64,000 nucleotides of DNA from Terriglobia bacterium (GTDB taxonomy: Bacteria > Acidobacteriota > Terriglobia > 2-12-FULL-54-10). Numbering within the stretch: the stretch's first letter is position 1; every line of letters starts with the position of its first letter. Shown here one piece after another: positions 51,645 through 61,037 of this stretch. Where the stretch lies: assembly GCA_963666975.2 (NCBI GenBank), contig CAXVYR010000003.1:416001-480000 (forward strand), read 5' to 3'. Below the pieces are notes generated by a model, which did no database searches, was not told the origin of the DNA, and saw only the letters and a list, made by a program, of their open reading frames with translations. The translations under genes were made by a program, and so were the position numbers.

Positions 51645-52949
51645 ATGAAATCCGAACACCTCCAACTGTTGAAAGACGCCATGCAGCGATTCGCCGGCCT
51701 GCCGCCGGAGGTGTTTTTCAAAGAGGACCTGCTTCGCCTCGGGCTTTCACTGGGTTCCTCTGGTTCTCCGGAGGGCTCCTATCAGAAAAAATCATATTTT
51801 ATTTTTTCTTTTGACCGAACGCCGATTCGTGAAATGCAACAGCAAGAAAACCTGCGCGCGCCGGAAGAGATTGCATTGATGGGCGGACCCTTCGGATTGC
51901 GCCGGACGATCGTTTCTGTGCGCCTGAATCCGGCGTCACCTTACCGCCTGGAGGGAACCGGTGACGGCATTGCTCTGCTGCTGGAAGGCGAGACGCTTTG
52001 CCGCGTGGAGTTTCCTCCCGAGCCTCCCCACTATCGCAAACGCCTGAGCAACGGTAAATCCGTATCGGAGATTGCCCCGACCATCGAGTGGGGCTATCTG
52101 ATTTATCTCACGGTTTTTCGGCGCTGCCAGTACGTGGGGTCAGCGCAAGAGTGCCAGTTTTGCGATATCAACAATAACTATGAACAGCAGCGGGCTGCTG
52201 GCCTTCCCTACACCTCGGTAAAGTCCGTGGAAGAAATATTGGAGGCGCTGGAAATCCTCGCCTCCACCGACACCCGCAGCAGGGCCTACACGCTGACCGG
52301 CGGCAGCGTCACCTCCACGCTGCGCGGCAAATCGGAGGCCGATTTCTATGTGCAGTATGCAGCGGCCATTGAGAAACGCTTTCCGGGAAAATGGATCGGA
52401 AAGGCTGTGGTGCAGGCGTTGCCGGAAGAGGATCTCCGGAAGTTTCACGATGCCGGCATACGCATCTACCATCCCAACTACGAAGTATGGGATGAGCGCC
52501 TGTTCGCGCTGCTGTGTCCCGGAAAGCAGCAGCACATCGGGCGGCAGAAATGGATGGACCGCATCCTGGCCGCGCGGGAGGTGTTCGGGGCTTCTTGTGT
52601 GATCCCGAACTTTGTCGCCGGAATTGAAATGGCGCGGCCTCACGGCTTTGATTCCGTGGATGACGCCATTCGCTCCACTGCGGAGGGTTTGGAGTTTTTT
52701 ATGTCTCAGGGAATCACCCCGCGCTTTACCACATGGTGCCCGGAGCCGACGAGCGAACTAGGGTCACAGGAACCCGCCCCGCTGGAATATCATCTCCGCC
52801 TGCTGGAAGTGTACCGCGATACAATAGAGAGGCATCGCCTGGACCCTCCGCCGGGTTACGGTCCCGCCGGCGCGGGGCAGGCGGTTTTTTCGGTTTCTTC
52901 TTTTATGGATGTTCTCCCCTCCGCTACGATGAGTGAAACGGCACAATGA
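51645..52949 (+). CDS. Radical SAM protein with CX8CX2C motif, function unknown
   Basis: CQYVGSAQECQFC, TLTGG, NYEVWD, CPGK. Confidence 0.85.
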   Translation: MKSEHLQLLKDAMQRFAGLPPEVFFKEDLLRLGLSLGSSGSPEGSYQKKSYFIFSFDRTPIREMQQQENLRAPEEIALMGGPFGLRRTIVSVRLNPASPYRLEGTGDGIALLLEGETLCRVEFPPEPPHYRKRLSNGKSVSEIAPTIEWGYLIYLTVFRRCQYVGSAQECQFCDINNNYEQQRAAGLPYTSVKSVEEILEALEILASTDTRSRAYTLTGGSVTSTLRGKSEADFYVQYAAAIEKRFPGKWIGKAVVQALPEEDLRKFHDAGIRIYHPNYEVWDERLFALLCPGKQQHIGRQKWMDRILAAREVFGASCVIPNFVAGIEMARPHGFDSVDDAIRSTAEGLEFFMSQGITPRFTTWCPEPTSELGSQEPAPLEYHLRLLEVYRDTIERHRLDPPPGYGPAGAGQAVFSVSSFMDVLPSATMSETAQ

Positions 52950-53746
52950 CCCCGCCACTGTTGCGCGTTTCCGCCGTATCTTATCTGAACACGGCACCCC
53001 TGATCTGGGGGATGCTGCACGGACCCCAACGAGGCTATTTTGATCTGGACTTTACCGTGCCTTCAAAATGCGCCGACGCTTTGCGAACCGGACAGGCTCA
53101 GGCCGGCATCATGCCTTCCATTGAATACCAACGGATTGAAAATCTGAAAATTGTGCCCGGCCTCTCCATTTCCTCTTCAGGGCCTGTGCGCAGCGTCCTG
53201 CTGATATCCCGCTGTCCCGTAGGCCAGATTCAGAGCCTGGCGCTCGACACCTCCTCGCGGACATCTGCCTGTCTGGCGGAGATATTATTGAAACGTCACT
53301 ACAAAATTGCGCCCTCGCTCAAGCCAAGCGAGCCGAACCTCTCTGCGATGCTCCAAGAGTGCGACGCCGCCTTGGTGATCGGCGATCCCGCTTTGGCCTC
53401 GGAAATGCCCGGGCTTCACGTCCGCGACTTGGCCGAAGACTGGCACACGATGACCGGCCTCCCTTTCGTATTCGCGTTCTGGGCGGTGCGCAGCGAAGCG
53501 GCTTCTGCGGAACTGATCGCGCCTTTTCAGCAGTCGGCAGCCTATGGCCTGGAACACGTAGAGGAGATCGCTCAGTCGGAGAGCAAGCGGACCGGGTTGT
53601 CCGTCTCCCTGATCCGCGCTTATTTGACGGAAAACATTAAATTTTCTTTGGACGGGAACAACCTGCGGGGCCTGCAACAGTTTTATTCCCTGGCGCAGGA
53701 ACTGGGATTGACCAACGGCACCAAGCCATTGGAATTCATCGCTTGA
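52946..53746 (+). CDS. mqnA: Chorismate dehydratase (futalosine pathway)
   Basis: SYLNTAPL, SSRTS, LVIGDPAL, DLAEDW...TGLPFVFAFW. Confidence 0.92.
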   Translation: MTPPLLRVSAVSYLNTAPLIWGMLHGPQRGYFDLDFTVPSKCADALRTGQAQAGIMPSIEYQRIENLKIVPGLSISSSGPVRSVLLISRCPVGQIQSLALDTSSRTSACLAEILLKRHYKIAPSLKPSEPNLSAMLQECDAALVIGDPALASEMPGLHVRDLAEDWHTMTGLPFVFAFWAVRSEAASAELIAPFQQSAAYGLEHVEEIAQSESKRTGLSVSLIRAYLTENIKFSLDGNNLRGLQQFYSLAQELGLTNGTKPLEFIA

Positions 53747-53798
53747 ACTGAACTGATGAACGGATTGCAACTTTTAATGTTGTTGGCGGAGGTGACCG

Positions 53799-54563
53799 GT
53801 GAAAAGAGAAATAGTTTTTGGATTGGCGGTTCTGGTGGGGATCATCTGGGGTGGAGGAAGCCTCCTCCGCGCCCAGCAGCCGCCGAACGCGAATCAACCG
53901 ATCAAAGCTGTGGTGTTCGATGCCTATGGAACGTTGTTTAACCCGCATACGGTTGTTCCGATTTCCGAGGAACTGTTTCCGGGGCACGGCGCCGAGTTGA
54001 GCAACATATGGCGCGCCAAACAACTGGAATACACATGGCTCCGCGGCTTGATGGGACAGTACGAAGATTTCTGGCAGGTGACCGAATCGGCCCTGTTGTA
54101 TGCCTGCAAGACTTTGAAGCTGCAGTGCGGGCCGTCCACGCACGAGCGGATGATGGAGTCCTACCTCAAGATCGACCCTTATCCGGAAGTCCGCCAAGCG
54201 CTCGGCAACCTCAGCGGCTACCGGCGGGCAATCCTCTCAAACGGCACACCGGACATGCTCCAGGCGGGGGTCCGGAGTTCCGGCCTCGATGGATTCCTAT
54301 CCCAAATCATCAGCGTGGACGAAGTAAAAACCTTCAAGCCCAATCCGCGCGTATACCAACTGGCAGTCGAGAAGCTCGGAGTCGAAAAGGGCGAAATTGC
54401 CTTCATCTCCTCGAATGCCTGGGACATCATCGGCGCAAAGGCGTTTGGTTTTTGGACCTGCTGGGTGAACCGCTCCGGAGCTACGATGGACGAAATGGGC
54501 TTCCGTCCGGATGCAACGGTCAGAAGCCTGGCGGATGTAGTGAATGTTCTGCCTGGCAGATAG
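53799..54563 (+). CDS. Haloacid dehalogenase type II with N-terminal signal peptide
   Basis: FDAYGTLF, WRAKQLEY, LSNG, FKPNPRVY, SSNAWD. Confidence 0.9.
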   Translation: MKREIVFGLAVLVGIIWGGGSLLRAQQPPNANQPIKAVVFDAYGTLFNPHTVVPISEELFPGHGAELSNIWRAKQLEYTWLRGLMGQYEDFWQVTESALLYACKTLKLQCGPSTHERMMESYLKIDPYPEVRQALGNLSGYRRAILSNGTPDMLQAGVRSSGLDGFLSQIISVDEVKTFKPNPRVYQLAVEKLGVEKGEIAFISSNAWDIIGAKAFGFWTCWVNRSGATMDEMGFRPDATVRSLADVVNVLPGR

Positions 54564-54633
54564 GCACGCCGCCTGACAGGAAAGCAGTGAGGACAGGGAA
54601 TTAGCCGCAAGCGGTTTCGCGCAGGCAGGCTCT

Positions 54634-56019
54634 TTACCCGCGGCGGCCCCGGATGCGACCCGCGCTGGGCGCGAACCCCTCGTAGTGCCGCATCAGCAGG
54701 TGAGACTCAATCTTGCTGACGAAGTCCATGGCCACGCCGACCACAATCAGCAACGAAGTGCCTCCGAAATAGAAAGTCACTCCGAGACCATCCAGTAAAA
54801 ATCGCGGGAAATTCTCATCGACCCATCCGCCCACATACGGGAGGTGGTGCAGATGGATCCCTGAGATCATCCACTCCGGAACCAGCGAGACCAGCGCCAA
54901 ATAACACCCGCCGACCAACGTTAAGCGCGTGAGGATGTTATTGAGATATTCCGCCGTGTTCTTGCCGGGCCGGATGCCGGGCACAAAACCGCCGTACTTG
55001 CGGATATTGTCGGCGATGTCATTCGGGTTGAAAATAATGGAGACGTAAAAGTAGGCGAAGAAGATGATGGCCGACACATAGAGCAGCGTGTACAGCGGCT
55101 CGCCCCAAGCCAGCGCCGCGAACAGACCTTGCAGGCGGGGACTCTCCGGCCCCATTAAGGCCAGCGTTTGCGGGAAGGTGAGAATCGAGGAGGCGAAGAT
55201 CACCGGCATCACGCCGCCCGCATTCACGCGAATCGGAAGGTGAGTGGACTGGCCGCCAAAGACCTTGCGTCCCACCATGCGGGTGGCGTATTGCACATTC
55301 ACCCGCCGCTCTCCCCTCTCCACCAAAACAATGCAGCCGACAGCCGCAATCATCAGGACCAGCAAGACGATCAACTGAACGAAACTCCATTCATTGGTGA
55401 CGAAAACTTTCGTCCACAGCTCAGCCCCGGCTCGCGGAAGGCCCACGACAATCCCGGTGAAGATCAGCAGGGACATGCCTTCGCCGATGCCGCGCTGCGT
55501 GATCTGTTCTCCCAGCCACATCACAAAGGTGCATCCGGCGGTGAGCGTCACAACGGTTGTGAACATAAACAGGGGACCGGGATCGTTGACAAAGCTTGAG
55601 CCCTGGAACGACTGCCGCTGGAGCGTCAGCGCGATTCCGAAGGATTGAAAAGCGCTGAGCACAACGGTCAGGTAGCGTGTGTAGAGGGTGATCTTCTGGC
55701 GGCCCATCTCGCCTTCTTTCCGCAGGCGGTCCAGATAGGGCCAGACGGGGCTGAGCAATTGCAGAATAATGGAAGCCGTGATGTAGGGCATGATGCCCAG
55801 GGCAAAGATGGTCAGCCGCCGGAAATTGCCGCCCGAAAAGATATCCACAAAGCCGAATACAGTGTCGCGATTGGCTTCAAAGAATTGTTGCAGCAGATCC
55901 GCGTTGATGCCGGGGGTCGGGACGTGGCCTCCCAGGCGAAAGACCGCCAGGATGGCCAGCGTAAAAAGAATGCGGTTGCGCAGCTCAGGGATGCTGAGGA
56001 TGTTGCGGATCGTGTTCAC
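54634..56019 (-). CDS. secY: Preprotein translocase subunit SecY (outside the spc operon)
   Basis: ALGIMPYITASII, WLGEQIT, GVMPVIFASS, PGIRPG, GGTSLLIVVGVAMD. Confidence 0.96.
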   Translation of the reverse strand: MNTIRNILSIPELRNRILFTLAILAVFRLGGHVPTPGINADLLQQFFEANRDTVFGFVDIFSGGNFRRLTIFALGIMPYITASIILQLLSPVWPYLDRLRKEGEMGRQKITLYTRYLTVVLSAFQSFGIALTLQRQSFQGSSFVNDPGPLFMFTTVVTLTAGCTFVMWLGEQITQRGIGEGMSLLIFTGIVVGLPRAGAELWTKVFVTNEWSFVQLIVLLVLMIAAVGCIVLVERGERRVNVQYATRMVGRKVFGGQSTHLPIRVNAGGVMPVIFASSILTFPQTLALMGPESPRLQGLFAALAWGEPLYTLLYVSAIIFFAYFYVSIIFNPNDIADNIRKYGGFVPGIRPGKNTAEYLNNILTRLTLVGGCYLALVSLVPEWMISGIHLHHLPYVGGWVDENFPRFLLDGLGVTFYFGGTSLLIVVGVAMDFVSKIESHLLMRHYEGFAPSAGRIRGRRG

Positions 56020-56046
56020 ATGTTCTCCTGGATTTTAGAAACAACC

Positions 56047-56075
56047 AGTATATGCGACACAGGTCCGGTTGCCAA
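56047..56075 (-). promoter_or_regulatory. Putative sigma70 promoter of secY
   Basis: Minus strand TTGGCA-N17-TATACT, about 28 nt upstream of the GTG start. Confidence 0.6.
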
Positions 56076-56494
56076 GCCTCTGTGCGAGGCATGCAGTTTT
56101 CCGAGCACGGCGATCAGATTCCCAGACCATGCTTCCCTATCCTTAAATACATCGCATGCGCTAATCTCCGGTGGAGCCTGCGCTTTTCCACAGTTGGCAA
56201 ATACCACCACGCCGTTACAGAGGTCACGATCATGAGATTATGGAAACCGACACAGTTTTCATAGGGGACCATGTTGCAACACACGGATTCTTTTCCATCC
56301 CGCAAGCAACTCCGCAGCCCTTCTCGCGGCCCTTCATTTGATTCCCGCATAGCAGTCCTGCATTTCGAGACCAAGGAAGGTGGATTTTCCAGTTGCATTT
56401 TGTGCTGAGCGTTGCTAGATTTTCTTAACCGCTGTCCTACTTAGGCTTGTCTGTTGCTCCGAAGGCAGACCCGAGGAAAATCTGTGAAACGAGG

Positions 56495-57032
56495 ATGAAT
56501 CCTGTGGAAACACTCAACACCTCGAGAAGTTCGCGGCGCAGCTCCCGAATCTCGGTCTCTATCCCAGTCGAAGTATATTACAGAGAGAGCGCAGGACGGG
56601 AAATTCGCGTGCATGCAAATAGCTCGCTTTACCGATCTCGTGAATAAACATGGTGCTCGCTTTACCTCGAAACATTCTTTTCCGATAGATTCCGAGGTTA
56701 TCCTGAGCATTCCACATATGCAGAAGCAACAACATTGCCGGGTGGCTTGGGTGAGTCAGGAGGCCGACAAGCAAAACAATTATGAAGTCGCAGTTGAGTT
56801 GGAGCATCCGGATAATTTTTTTGGAGTACAATTTCCTCCGGATGATTGGAACATTTTCCAACCGCTCCCGTTGCCAGGTGATCCCTCCGGCAACACCATT
56901 CCACAAAGTGAGATGCGCGAATACGAGCTGCAAAGGCTTAGCTCCGTCATGAACGCTCTGATCGCTCTGCTGGGCGAAAAAGGGGTGCTCACCCGTTCCG
57001 AGTTGGCCGAGACGCTCAAGCAAATAAACTAA
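56495..57032 (+). pseudogene. PilZ-like domain protein, frameshifted near 56617-56626
   Basis: RRSSRISVSIPVEV (RxxxR) lies in one frame and TDLVNKHGA...CRVAWV...FFGVQFPPDDW in another. Confidence 0.72.
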
Positions 57033-57076
57033 GCGGGATTTTATCCGTAAACCAGCCCGTTGCGAGAATAAGCGCT

Positions 57077-57099
57077 TCCTTCGGCAAGCTCAGGGAAGG
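57077..57099. repeat. Single copy of the CCTTCGG...GCTCAGGG palindromic unit
   Basis: TCCTTCGGCAAGCTCAGGGAAGG preceded by GCT, as at 5634-5681. Confidence 0.7.
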
Positions 57100-57124
57100 C
57101 TGACCTCGGGGCATCATTCGGCTA

Positions 57125-57808
57125 TTATTCGACTGGCTTGCAGGCGGAGAGCAGCAGGGCGCCCAGTTCCCGGAAGCGGTGAAGCTCGCCCGGCTCCGAA
57201 AACGATGCGTCGAGTGAGCCTTCGGGAAGAGGGCTCCGGTCGGGAATCATGCGCTGGATAAAGCCTGCGTAGCCGCAGCGCCCAAAAAGCGCGCCATACT
57301 CCTCCGCGCTCAGCAACTGTACCGGCACCTTCAATTTCTGCACCCAGCGAAGCGAGAGTTCGTTCTCTTTCGAGAGATGGTTCACTACCCAAACCGATCC
57401 GCCCGGAGACAACACACGGTAAATCTCCCGCAACGCTTTTTCCGGGTCTTCGTAGTAATAGAACGATTCGACGCACAGCACCTTGCTGAAGAAGCTGTCC
57501 TGCCAGGGAATATCTTCGGCCTCTCCCAGAATAAACATCAGGTGTTCGCATGCCGCTGACTTTGCCCGTGCGTTGCGAACCATTTCATCGGAAATGTCCA
57601 GGCCCACCACAGAACCCTCCGGGACACGTTGAGCCAGCAAGCGGCTGGCCCAGCCTTCTCCGCAGCCCAGCTCCAGGCAGCGGTCACGGGGCTCAATCGC
57701 CATCATTTCGATGACGCTCTCGACAAAGGGAAGATGGTGCGACTCCATGGCCGCCCCGCGCCCGTCGAGAGCCCACTGGTTGAATTCTGTACGCAGTTTT
57801 TCACTCAT
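57125..57808 (-). CDS. Class I SAM-dependent methyltransferase
   Basis: LELGCGEG, GLDISDEM, ESFYYY, RVLSPGG. Confidence 0.92.
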   Translation of the reverse strand: MSEKLRTEFNQWALDGRGAAMESHHLPFVESVIEMMAIEPRDRCLELGCGEGWASRLLAQRVPEGSVVGLDISDEMVRNARAKSAACEHLMFILGEAEDIPWQDSFFSKVLCVESFYYYEDPEKALREIYRVLSPGGSVWVVNHLSKENELSLRWVQKLKVPVQLLSAEEYGALFGRCGYAGFIQRMIPDRSPLPEGSLDASFSEPGELHRFRELGALLLSACKPVE

Positions 57809-59054
57809 CGGAATGCTCCGGCTCAACCGGACCAAGATGGCTTTCCAGGCGGCTCCACGCGAAGGGGGCGGAAATCACGAAAAGGTATAGCATTAACACC
57901 TCGGAATCGCCAAAATTGAACTCGAACAGGCCGGCCACCAGCAATCCCACGGTAGCGGCGACCGCTGCATGACCTAACACTTGTGTCTTAGCATCTGCAC
58001 TTCGCCCAGCCGTAATACCCTCATGTGCTACTTGATAAATTAACCATAACCATATTAACAAAAACGGAATACCTCTTTCAGCCGCAAGCTGCAAGTAGTC
58101 ATTGTGCAGATGGCCATACCATGCTGGGGGCACCGGTAGCGAGGCCGGCTTATAGCGGAAGAACTCCGCTCCCACCCGCTGCGGGCCCACGCCGAACCAT
58201 GGATGGGCTGCGATCATCTCCAAGCCTGTGTGAAGCATCAGTAGCCGCGAACGGTTCGAACTATCCGTCTGGGTGTCCAGGATGGAATGCGCGCGTTCCT
58301 GTAGCCATGGAGGCGCAACCAGATAGAGCAACAGGACCGCTGCCGGAAGTATCCACAACAGCCTGGGCCGGAAGCGCACCAGCAGATAAGTTGTTCCCGC
58401 GAAAGTGCCGAGCCACACCCCGCGCGTGAAGCTCGCTAGAAGCGCCAGCGCAATGGGAGCCAGGCAAAGCCACCACCAGAGGCTTCTCCTGTCCTGGCGG
58501 GGGAAGAACAGCACAGAGGCCAGCAGCAGCAGAAACATCAGCATTAATTCGCCGCTGAACGTCATCCAGTGGCCCATAAAGCCGGTGATCTGGTTCTTCA
58601 CCACATAGTTTTCGTAAAACGGCAAGCCCTGCCGCTGCAAAGCCATGTATCGATAAACAAACTGTCCCAGCCCATACAACGCCGCGAGGGTCCCCGCCAG
58701 AATCATTGCTTGCGAAGCCTGCCAGAGCTGCTGACGCTGCCGGTAGGCATTGTAAACAACCAGCAAAATGAAGAAGACAAAGAGCTTGCGAACCTGCGGC
58801 AATCCGGCCACCGGAGCAGTTGAGAAGGCCAGGGAAAGAAGCGTCCATCCAATAAAAGCCAGCAGCGGGAACCGCAGGCGGGCAGGGAACTCTATGGCAT
58901 GGCGGCTCAGGAGCAAGGAGAGCAGCGCCATGGAAAGCAGGATTTGAGCGGCAGCAATTGAAAACAGCGTTGCAACGGCTGCCAGGGCTGTCAGAAGCGG
59001 GGTGACTCTCTCCATTCGGCCAGAAAGGTCCCAGCGGCTGGTTGTGGTCTCCAA
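57801..59054 (-). CDS. O-antigen ligase (Wzy_C) family protein
   Basis: SFTRGVW, PWFGVG, HLHNDYLQLAAERG; multiple TM helices. Confidence 0.9.
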   Translation of the reverse strand: METTTSRWDLSGRMERVTPLLTALAAVATLFSIAAAQILLSMALLSLLLSRHAIEFPARLRFPLLAFIGWTLLSLAFSTAPVAGLPQVRKLFVFFILLVVYNAYRQRQQLWQASQAMILAGTLAALYGLGQFVYRYMALQRQGLPFYENYVVKNQITGFMGHWMTFSGELMLMFLLLLASVLFFPRQDRRSLWWWLCLAPIALALLASFTRGVWLGTFAGTTYLLVRFRPRLLWILPAAVLLLYLVAPPWLQERAHSILDTQTDSSNRSRLLMLHTGLEMIAAHPWFGVGPQRVGAEFFRYKPASLPVPPAWYGHLHNDYLQLAAERGIPFLLIWLWLIYQVAHEGITAGRSADAKTQVLGHAAVAATVGLLVAGLFEFNFGDSEVLMLYLFVISAPFAWSRLESHLGPVEPEHSDE

Positions 59055-59206
59055 CGGGTCTCACTTTCCCGTGATAGTGTTTTGGAAACCAATCTACCGG
59101 AAGCGCAGCGATGGTTCAAGCGGAATGGGTCAAGCAGAATGGAATCGGTGCAATCGAGGTAATCTCCCTGCCCGACACAAAATCGTCCACAGTGTATGCT
59201 CGGGCG

Positions 59207-59893
59207 ATGAAGTTACCGACGGACTGGCTGGAAGCGGTTTTGCTGGCGGTCTTATTGGTGGGAATTCCGGCAATGGCGTTGCGGATGAGGCGAGCCAGGG
59301 AGGAATTGCTGCGGAGGCCGCGTGCGGAGTTATACCGGCACAGCATTCTGTGGCAGTGGTCGCTTACCGCGGCCGTGCTGGCGGCGATCTATTATGGCTC
59401 CGTCCCCGGCGGCTTGCCGGGTTTAACAGTTCCTTCGCTTCCGATTAGCCTCCTGGCGACGCTTGCGGTTTTGGTTGCGCTGCTGGGGATCGGAAGGGCC
59501 TTTGCGCGCCGGGAGGATGAATCACGGGCGATCGTGTTGAAATTGATTCCACGGACGTCCATGGAAAAAGGACTCTTTCTCGTGCTGGCGTTGACGGCAG
59601 GCATTTGCGAAGAATTCCTTTACCGAGGTTTTGTAATTTCCCGCCTGTCGTCGCTTTTTTCTTCAATTATCTGGCCGTCTTTGCTCTCCACTGCGGCCTT
59701 CGCGCTGACCCATGCCTATCAAGGAGGGTTCGGAATGCTGCGGGCATTTGTGATGGGATGGGCTCTGGTAGCTGCATACTTCTGGAGTGGCAGTTTAATA
59801 CCGTGCATGATCGGCCATGCGATGATCGACTTGCTGGTCGGTTTTTATCTCGGGCCGCAGCGACTGCGACACGATGATTATCAGGCCGAATAG
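59207..59893 (+). CDS. CPBP/CAAX intramembrane metalloprotease
   Basis: EEFLYRG, FALTHAYQ, GHAMID. Confidence 0.92.
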   Translation: MKLPTDWLEAVLLAVLLVGIPAMALRMRRAREELLRRPRAELYRHSILWQWSLTAAVLAAIYYGSVPGGLPGLTVPSLPISLLATLAVLVALLGIGRAFARREDESRAIVLKLIPRTSMEKGLFLVLALTAGICEEFLYRGFVISRLSSLFSSIIWPSLLSTAAFALTHAYQGGFGMLRAFVMGWALVAAYFWSGSLIPCMIGHAMIDLLVGFYLGPQRLRHDDYQAE

Positions 59894-60076
59894 CAACTTC
59901 CGGGGAGGGCCGCGATATTCCAGACACTCCCGTGCAGGCACAATGCTGACAGAGAGACCTTGCATGGCAAGCAAAGGAGCAGCATAATTCAGCCTAATAG
60001 CATTTCCCGTGTTTTGTTTTCGCCATGTTGATGAGCGCAAGAAAGCGCTGAGCAGCCAATATGCAAGGAGGATGAT

Positions 60077-60910
60077 TTGAAGAGGCCGTGGCGTGTAGGT
60101 TTTCAGGGAGAGCGAGGCGCGTTCCATGAGATTGCGGCAGGGAAATTCGTCCCGCGACGACGGGAACTGGTTCCGCTACCGAACTTCCGTGCCCTGTTTC
60201 ACGCTCTGGCTTCACGCAAGATTGACTATGCAGCCGTAGCCATTGAAAACACCTTAGCCGGGTCGCTTCATGAAAACTACGACCTCTTGCTGAAATATCA
60301 CCTGCCGATCCTGACGGAGACCAAAGTCCGGATCGTGCATAACTTGATCGCTCCTCCCAGAGTTCCCTTCAAGTCTATTCGGAAAGTGTATTCCCAATCC
60401 GTGGCGCTCGGACAATGCGTGAAATTTCTTGACAAGTACAAACGCCTCGAGCCCGTCCCCTTTTACGACACGGCGGGAAGCGTCAAGATGATCCTTGCAG
60501 AAAAGTTAACGGATGCTGCGGCTGTTGCTAGTGAAGCCGCGGCGGTGCTCTACGGCGGGCACATCTTGAAGCGGGATATTGGGGACCATAAACAGAATTA
60601 CACGCGATTTTTCCTTCTGGCACACCCTTCCATGGCTAAATCCCGCCCCCCCGGCACCAAAACCTCTATTGCTTTTGTGACACGGAACATTTCGGGGGCT
60701 CTTTTCCGCTGTATCAGCGTATTTGCCCTGCGCGATATCAACCTCACGAAGATAGAATCCCGTCCGCTGCCAGGCCGGCCCTGGGAATATCTGTTTTATC
60801 TGGACTTTATGGGCAATCCTGCTTCGCCTTCTGTCCGTAACGCATTGAATAATCTAGCTGAAATGACAGAATTTCTGCGTATTTTAGGCTGTTATTCGAT
60901 TGTTTCCTAG
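60077..60910 (+). CDS. pheA: Prephenate dehydratase (PDT-ACT)
   Basis: FQGERGAF, IENT, NYTRF, LTKIESRP. Confidence 0.93.
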   Translation: MKRPWRVGFQGERGAFHEIAAGKFVPRRRELVPLPNFRALFHALASRKIDYAAVAIENTLAGSLHENYDLLLKYHLPILTETKVRIVHNLIAPPRVPFKSIRKVYSQSVALGQCVKFLDKYKRLEPVPFYDTAGSVKMILAEKLTDAAAVASEAAAVLYGGHILKRDIGDHKQNYTRFFLLAHPSMAKSRPPGTKTSIAFVTRNISGALFRCISVFALRDINLTKIESRPLPGRPWEYLFYLDFMGNPASPSVRNALNNLAEMTEFLRILGCYSIVS

Positions 60911-61037
60911 TTCCCGCCTAAAGTTGTTCCCATAAGATGGCGAAAGACATTTCAGGGGGTGAGGATACCCCTGAAATCCTAATAGCCGGTATGAGGTCAA
61001 GTTCCCGATAGCGGGCCTATCGTTCAACTGAGGAGAT

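Noticed and set aside
56016-56021. secY frameshift at ATG-TGA
   Set aside because: The overlapping GTG is better spaced from AGGAG and gives a complete SecY.
56184-56192. DnaA box / replication origin
   Set aside because: A single TTTTCCACA with no box cluster or dnaA context.
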